A DNA stretch of 64,000 nucleotides. Source: Eledone cirrhosa (taxonomy: Eukaryota). The DNA is taken from assembly GCA_964016885.1 (NCBI GenBank), contig OZ024744.1:96472001-96536000 (forward strand), read 5' to 3'. This document shows, one piece after another, positions 56,513 through 64,000 of the stretch; the stretch's first letter is position 1, and each line of letters opens with the position of its first letter. Made by a program: the position numbers and the translations under genes. The notes under the pieces are model-generated. The model did not search any database, was not told where the DNA came from, and saw only the letters and a program-made list of their open reading frames with translations.

Positions 56513-57096
56513 ACTGACAAGAAAGATAATGAATAAATGCTGGACAAAATTGGAAGTAAAATCGCTCGGTATGCAAATTGGGGTAATTAGCCGATGTACC
56601 CTTTAGAGAATACTATATATTCTCAAGAGTTCTAGTGAGTGACAGAAGAGAGATACACAATCTTGACAAATGGCTATAACCCAGAAACAATATTGTCGGG
56701 TGTTTCTCTCTCTGACACCGCTCGAACAAAAGGATCACGATGGTCATCTAAAAAACATAGCGTAATGAGGCTGTTTGCTTGCAAACGAATCGAATATTGT
56801 TATTATTTGATATAAAACTCACGAATGCATTTTCGTATCTGCTATGTTAGAGCGAAAAACCAAATTCTAATTTTGTTTTTGAAATTGGATGTATATTTTT
56901 TCTTCAAGGAAAGCTCCTCCATCCTCCATCCAAATGGGACTTTAGAAAGGCACTGAATACATTTAGGGTTTCTGAAAACGTTTTCTTTTAAGAAACACAT
57001 GACACAAAGTGGAGACAAGTGTTAAAATATTGGATTTTATTTTTATTTAGTTATCTATATATAAATTTGAGCGATTTCCATTCGTCTCTCCGTCCG

Positions 57097-57586
57097 TCAC
57101 ACACTAGAGATGACTGAGGAAGGAAGGTGTGATGACGTCATACACTAGAGATGATTGACGAAGGAAGGGGGTGATGATGTCACACACTAGAGATGATTGA
57201 GGAAGGACGGGTGATGACGTCACACACTAGGGATGACTGAGGAAGGAAGAGATGATGACGTCACCCACTAGAGATAACTGAGGAAGGAAGGTGTGATGAC
57301 GTCACACACTAGAGATGATTGACGAAGGAAGGGGTGATGATGTCACACACTAGAGATGATTGAGGAAGGACGGGTGATGACGTCACACACTAGGGATGAC
57401 TGAGGAAGGAAGAGATGATGACGTCACCCACTAGAGATACCTGAGGAAGGAAGGGGTGATGACGTCACACACTAGTGATGACTGAGGAAGGAAGGGATGA
57501 TGACGTCACATGCTAAAGATGACTGAGGAAGGAAGAGGTGATGACGCCACACACTAGAGATGACAGAGGAAGGAAGGGGTGATGAC
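57097..57586. repeat. ~41-bp tandem repeat (about 12 copies) containing 8 perfect TGACGTCA motifs
   Basis: TGACGTCA at 57133, 57215, 57256, 57297, 57378, 57419, 57460 and 57501. Confidence 0.92.
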
Positions 57587-57813
57587 AAACTACAGAAAAC
57601 AGTGTGTAACACACTTGTGTATACAATCTACATACAAACACACACGCACACACATATATATATATATATATACACATACATACACACATATATATATATA
57701 TACACACATACATACACATACGCGTCAGCGTGTTGAAAACATTCTAGTAATTAAAAATACGGAAATGGCTAATGATTTTGTGGATTAAGAAAATCATTAG
57801 AATGACGGACATA

Positions 57814-58142
57814 CTTGTTTCTACTTTTGGCACGAGGCCAGCAATTACTGGTACTTTATTTTATCGACCCCGTAAGTATAAAAGGCAAAGTTAACCTCGG
57901 CGGGATTTGAACTCAGACCGTAAAGGGACGTAACTATGCTGGAAAGCATGGCGTCCGACCCTCAAAAATAATTATTTCTACTTTTGGCACAAGGCCAGCA
58001 ATTACTGGTACTTTATTTTATCGACCCTGTAAGGATGAAAGGCAAAGTTAACCTCGACGGTATTTGAACTCAGACCGTAAAGGGACGTAACTATGCTAGA
58101 AAGCTTGTCGTCCAACCGTCTACCGATACTGACAATTCACCG
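57814..58142 (-). mobile_element. Tandem SINE pair
   Basis: Consensus match. Confidence 0.85.
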
Positions 58143-58597
58143 GACATAATGCCAAGTGGTATTAAGTTACGCCAGATTACGTTCTGATTTCAAATTCCAC
58201 CGGGGTGAAATTAAATTTGCATTTTCCCCAGGCCAATAAAATATTTATCAGTCAAGTAATTACAAGCGGTTATGTCCATCCCTTGAAATTTGTGGTAATA
58301 AGTTACATCACATTATGTTCTGATTTCAAATCCCCACCGGAGTTGACTTTGCTTTTCATTTTCCCTAGGCCTATAAAATATGTACAAATCAAATTGTTCT
58401 AATCGATTATGTCTATCCTTCGAAATTTCCGATATTATGTTTACGTTAGGAAATATTTATTACAATGAAAGCTATTTATGATCCTAGAAGTGAACGTAAA
58501 TTATGTATGGATCAACATAATTGGTGAAAATGGATCGGCTAAGCGAATGGAGGCATTTGAACTTTTCTAGAATGTTTCAGGTAGAGCAGTGTTATAT

Positions 58598-58782
58598 TTA
58601 GGTGTGAAAAATATATAACCTGGATTTCAGCTGAAATCAACACGAGAATAGATATTATGTGTTCAAGCTGAAATTATTCTTCGATATATATATATATATT
58701 TAGGTGTGAAAAATATATAACATGGATTTCAGCTGAAATCAACACGAGAATAGATATAATGTGTTCAAGCTGAAATTATTCT

Positions 58783-58790
<8 letters not shown>
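58598..58790. repeat. ~100-bp direct duplication, each copy ending in (TA)n
   Basis: tttaggtgtgaaaaatatataac...attattcttcgatata occurs twice. Confidence 0.9.
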
Positions 58791-58829
<39 letters not shown>

Positions 58830-58864
58830 GGAGGGTCATATTGTTGTAATAATATTGCCAGAAT

Positions 58865-58979
58865 TAATAACAGAACACACTCACTGTTTGTTTGGTTGGT
58901 TTTCCGCTTCTGTATCTTTTATATCAGTTATTTCATTGACAGACCAACGGTAAAAAATACAGATATAATATAGATATAA

Positions 58980-59047
<68 letters not shown>

Positions 59048-59183
59048 TTATATCTATATTATATCTGTATTTTTGACCGTTGGTCAGCCAATGGTAAACA
59101 TTGAGGACCGAATGAATTAACTATGGAGATATAAAAGATACAGAAGCGAAAACCAGCCAAACAGTGAGTGTGTTCTGTTATTA
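58865..59183. repeat. Inverted repeat centred on (CA)n(TA)n(TG)n
   Basis: Arms at about 58865-58998 and 59033-59183, with an indel. Confidence 0.85.
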
Positions 59184-59683
59184 TATATATATATATATAA
59201 ATCTACTGATAATCTGTAGATTAGTTTAAGTGGGAGATTGTGATAAATGTGGCTATATGTAGTACATATGGATTTGAAACGATGGTATTATCAAGAGAAT
59301 ACTCAGAGAATATATTATATTTAGTAGACAATTAAGTGATAATAGATTTTATGTATGACTTGAAATATCGAGATAAAGGTCTCGGGAGAATAGAATATTT
59401 ATCCAATAAACAAAAGAATATATAAATGGCGTGTTATATGGCAATGGTTTCGTGTGAATTTTTTGAAGTTGCTGATTGAGAGAGAGAGAGGGAGAGGGGG
59501 AAAGCGAGGGAGAGAGTGAGGGAGGGAGAGAGAGAGTTTATGTGGGAGGGAGAGTTTACATGTGAGAGAGAGAGTGTATGTGTGAGAGAGTGTATGTGTG
59601 AAAGAGAGAGTTTATATGTGTGTGTGAGAGAGAGAGAGAGAGAGTGTGTGAGAGCGAGAGCGAGAGAGAGAGAGTTTATGTGT

Positions 59684-59714
<31 letters not shown>

Positions 59715-59801
59715 TGTGTTTATGTGTGAAAGAGAGAGAGAGCGCGAATTTGTGTGTAAGTGTGTGTGAGAGAGAGAGAGAGTTCATATGTAAGAGAGAG
59801 A

Positions 59802-59852
<51 letters not shown>

Positions 59853-60349
59853 TGTGTGTGTGTGTGTGGTGTGTGTGTGTGGTGTGTGAGAGCGAGAGAG
59901 AGGGAGGTATATCGTGCTGAGGGATAGAACAGTAATGACGAAATAATGAATTATGCATAGAATGGAATCTTGTGGACTCTGGAAATAATATTTACTAAAT
60001 TATGAGAAGTAAAATTTTGGAAAAAACATAATGAATGAACATTTGAGAGGGAAAAATAAAATAAAAATTATATAAAATAAATCAAAGAAACTAATTAAGG
60101 TAAATGAAAACCTCAATCAGATGTATAATCAATAAAAAGGGACAAGAGAAACGTTCTCTTAGTCTAGAGCCTGAAAATACTTGTTTGAAATATTTACGAA
60201 TATATCGATTGTAAATTTAAGCACAACGCCTAAAAAATTTGAGAAAAGGAAACGTTGATTAAATTAACCGAGGTCCTCCATTTTTTGTTTACTTTACCGT
60301 AATACATTCACGCCCTCCATGTTTCCTTTTATTATATTCTCAGTTTTTA

Positions 60350-61191
60350 AGGCGGTGGATAGGCAGAATCGGTAGACCTTCGGACAAAATGCTTTGCAGT
60401 AGTTAGTTATGGCCCTTTACGTTCTGAGTTCAAATCCCGCCGAGGTTAACTTTGTCTTTCATCCTTACGGGGGGGTCGATAAAATAAAGTTCCAGTAATG
60501 TACTGTGGTCGATTTAATCGATTACGTTGACTCCACTACTTGACTTCCTTCCTTTTATATTGGCAGCCTTGTTCCTATAGTAGAAACCATTATATTCTCA
60601 TTTTTTAGGGCGGTGGATTGGCAGAATCGATAGAGCGTCGGACAAAATGTTTTGCAGTATTTAGTTATGGCCCTTTACGTTCTAATTTCAAATCTTGCCG
60701 AAGTTAACTTTGTCTTTCATCATTACGGGGTCGTCGATACATTAAAATACCAATTACGCACTGGGATTGATTTAATCGATTACGTTGACTCCACTACTTG
60801 ACTGTTACTTTAAATTATCGACCCCGAACGTATAAAAGACAAAATGGTTTACGGCGTGGTTTGAACTCAGAACATATAGAGCCGGAATAAAATACAGCAC
60901 AGTATTTTGTCTGATGCTCTACTGGTTCTGCCAATCTGTTACCTTCTGTATCATGCATTAACAGTGAATATTCTATATAGTGAATTACACGATGGATTGT
61001 TCGTTGGATTTAAACTGAGAAAGTTGACTTCTTCTATGCATTGAACACTGACCAGACCAGCTAACCTTTAAAAACTCCAGCGGGGAGAACCATGAATCAT
61101 GAAATGGAGTGTCTTGCTCAAAGACACAACTTATCGCCTTGTCCAGGAATCAAACTCACAATCCGATGCTCTAGCCACTAAGTCATGCATC

Positions 61192-61247
<56 letters not shown>

Positions 61248-61780
61248 CACAGACAGACAGACAAGCAGAGATATACATACATATACCAGACCTACCAAAA
61301 CTTCTAAAAACCCACTAAAAACCTGAAAAAAACCTACTAAAACAGCATGCTACCTTATAAAACTAATCTATTTTAACTACGGCAGACTTGTCCACCATTA
61401 AAAACCTAAACGGATAGTCCCATGAAAGAAAGTGGCCGACAACGAGGAGAAATGAGGCAAAATGGAGGAGATTTTACACAATTGTTTCTACGTTAGGCAC
61501 AAGGCCAGCAATTTACCAGTCTATTACTGGTACTTTATTTTATCGACCCCCGTAAGGATGAAAGGCAAAGTCAACCTCGGCGGAATTTTGAACTCAGATC
61601 GTGAAGGAACGTAACTATGCTGGAAAGCATGGCATCCGACCCTCTACCGATACTTGTTTCTACTTTAGGCACAAGGCCAGCAATTACCCAGTGCATTACT
61701 GGTACTTTATTTTATCGACCCCGTAAGGATGAAAGGCAAAGTCAACCTCGGCGGGATTTGAACTCACTGCCAATCCACAG
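60350..61780. mobile_element. SINE cluster: 60350-60592(+), 60607-60785(+), 60810-60940(-), 61480-61780(-, two copies)
   Basis: Consensus match. Confidence 0.8.
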
Positions 61781-62240
61781 CTGGGGGGGAGAATTTACAT
61801 AATGAAAGCTATACTCATTTTCACAAGAGTAGACATCTCTCACCCACCACAAAGTGGGGGGTGAGGATCTCCCCCGTTGGACAGGGGTGAGTTGACAGGT
61901 TTGCACTTAGAGCCTTACCTAGCAAGAAGTGTTCCATCCGGCCCCCATTTTTTTTTTTTTTTTTATCTTAAAATTAGAAGGTATATTGTGATTGGTTGTT
62001 TTTAGAATATCCGGCTATATGCCAAGCGACATGATTCACACATGCACGCGCACTCAGGCACGTCCACACAAGCACGCGAGCGCACACACACACACGCACA
62101 CACACACACACACACACACACGCTCGCTCACTCACGATATTGGAAGTAACGCTAATTCAATATAATCATGTACAAATACAACAAGGCAATATACAAACAT
62201 TTACTGATATATATTTTCCCCAATAATTATAAAATGAAAC

Positions 62241-62298
<58 letters not shown>

Positions 62299-62339
62299 CT
62301 CCCTCTCTCCCCGCTCTTTCTCAGACTTCCTCTTTGTCA

Positions 62340-62371
<32 letters not shown>

Positions 62372-62424
62372 CATTATATATGTATATATATATATGTATA
62401 TATATATATATGTATATATATATG

Positions 62425-62455
<31 letters not shown>

Positions 62456-62510
62456 GTATATATATATATGTATATATATATATGTATATATATATATGTA
62501 TATATATATG

Positions 62511-62541
<31 letters not shown>

Positions 62542-62596
62542 GTATATGTATATATATATATGTATATATATATGTATATATATATATATATATTTG

Positions 62597-62628
<32 letters not shown>

Positions 62629-62679
62629 TATATTTGTATATATATAGATGTATATATATGTATATATATATATATACAC

Positions 62680-62730
<51 letters not shown>

Positions 62731-62935
62731 TATATACATATATACATATATACATATATATATATATACATAAGCGATTTTTTTCCAGCACAGACCACCT
62801 ACCACGAATTTCATGAGACTGGTGTTTTATTTGCTATATGTACACACACATAGACACACGCACACGCACACACACAAACACACACATGCACAAACACATG
62901 CACAAACATATGCACACACACACATTCACACACAC

Positions 62936-62971
<36 letters not shown>

Positions 62972-63131
62972 ACACACACACACCCACACACCCATACTCA
63001 CACATGCACAAACACATGCATAAACACATGCACACACACACACATGCACACACACATTCACACACACGTACCCCCCCCCCACACACACACCCAAACACAC
63101 ACCCAAACACATGCATAAACACATGCACACA

Positions 63132-63183
<52 letters not shown>

Positions 63184-63396
63184 CACATACAGACAAATAT
63201 ATCTAAGTTATTTTTTTTCCTATTTCCTTTTTTTTTCGTTGTTTTCTTTTCTCTTTTATATTTGTCCAACCATTTTATTTACTCTTAACAGATTTCTTTC
63301 TTCTTACAGTGAATTTCTTTTCGATGAAGGACTACCGTACGAAAGGTTAAGGCGTTATTATCACACCCTTTAATTCAGTCTTTATACTTATATACT

Positions 63397-63790
63397 AGTG
63401 GATTGGCAGTATCGGTAGAGGGTCGGACGCCATGCTTTGCAGCATAGAGTTACGGCCATTTATGGTCTGAGTTCAAATCCCACCAAGGTTAACTTTACCT
63501 TTCATCCTTACAGGGTCGATAAAATAAAGTAATAAAGTACCAGTAATGTACTGGGATAATTGCTGGCCTTGTGCCAAAAGTAGAAACAATTATTAGGGCG
63601 GTGGATTGGCAGTATCGGTAGAGGGTCAGACGCCATTCTTTGCAGCATAGAGTTACGTCCCTTTACGAACTCGGTTCAAATCCCACCGAGGTTGACTTTG
63701 CCTTTCATCCTTAGGGGGTCGATAAAATAAAGTACCAGTAATGTACTGGGGGTAATTTGATGGCCTTGTGCCAAAAGTAGAAACAATTAT
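63397..63790 (+). mobile_element. Tandem SINE pair
   Basis: Consensus match. Confidence 0.85.
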
Positions 63791-63962
63791 AGTGGGTGGC
63801 TTCTCTTGATGCTCAAATATTGTTTATTAACGACTTTATATATAGCTGTCGAAACGCCGCTACCGCACACCTGACTCTCTTCCTATTACCCACTCCACTA
63901 CCCTCATTATTGAGTACTCTGGTGTGTTATGGTCCACCTGGTTTCTTACCACACCTTCTTTG

Positions 63963-64000
<38 letters not shown>

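Noticed and set aside
57097-57586. CRISPR-like array, or tandem hammerheads (CTGAGGA, TGATGA)
   Set aside because: Units are contiguous with no unique spacers, the context is eukaryotic, and there are no GAAA boxes or stems.
63310-63350. Hammerhead-like tcgatga..cgaaagg
   Set aside because: The core is mutated and the stems do not pair convincingly.

Overview
Repeat-saturated eukaryotic DNA, most likely from an octopus or other coleoid cephalopod (inferred from the dominant tRNA-derived SINE and the microsatellite load; not verified by a database search). The only host coding sequence I can support is one 421-nt minus-strand exon (9490-9910) of an eag/KCNH (Kv10) potassium channel, covering S4-S5-pore-S6, so the rest is probably intron. 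It holds decayed retroelements: three R4/Dong-like RLE LINE families (two stacked in (TAA)n, one in (TACA)n), two Tx1-clade LINEs, CRE and RTE fragments, about 30 copies or fragments of one SINE, and several satellites. The ORF track misses the main signal. Many short islands between (TA)n tracts carry minimal type I hammerhead ribozyme (HHR) motifs, and many are inverted duplications. I found 7 motifs with an intact core (all + strand, antisense to eag) and about 10 degenerate or partial ones. One lies at the end of a decayed Penelope GIY-YIG endonuclease gene. One family is a ~299-nt non-coding HHR unit present in circularly permuted form, a candidate retrozyme or circRNA-type element. All RNA folds were read by eye, and no activity has been shown.
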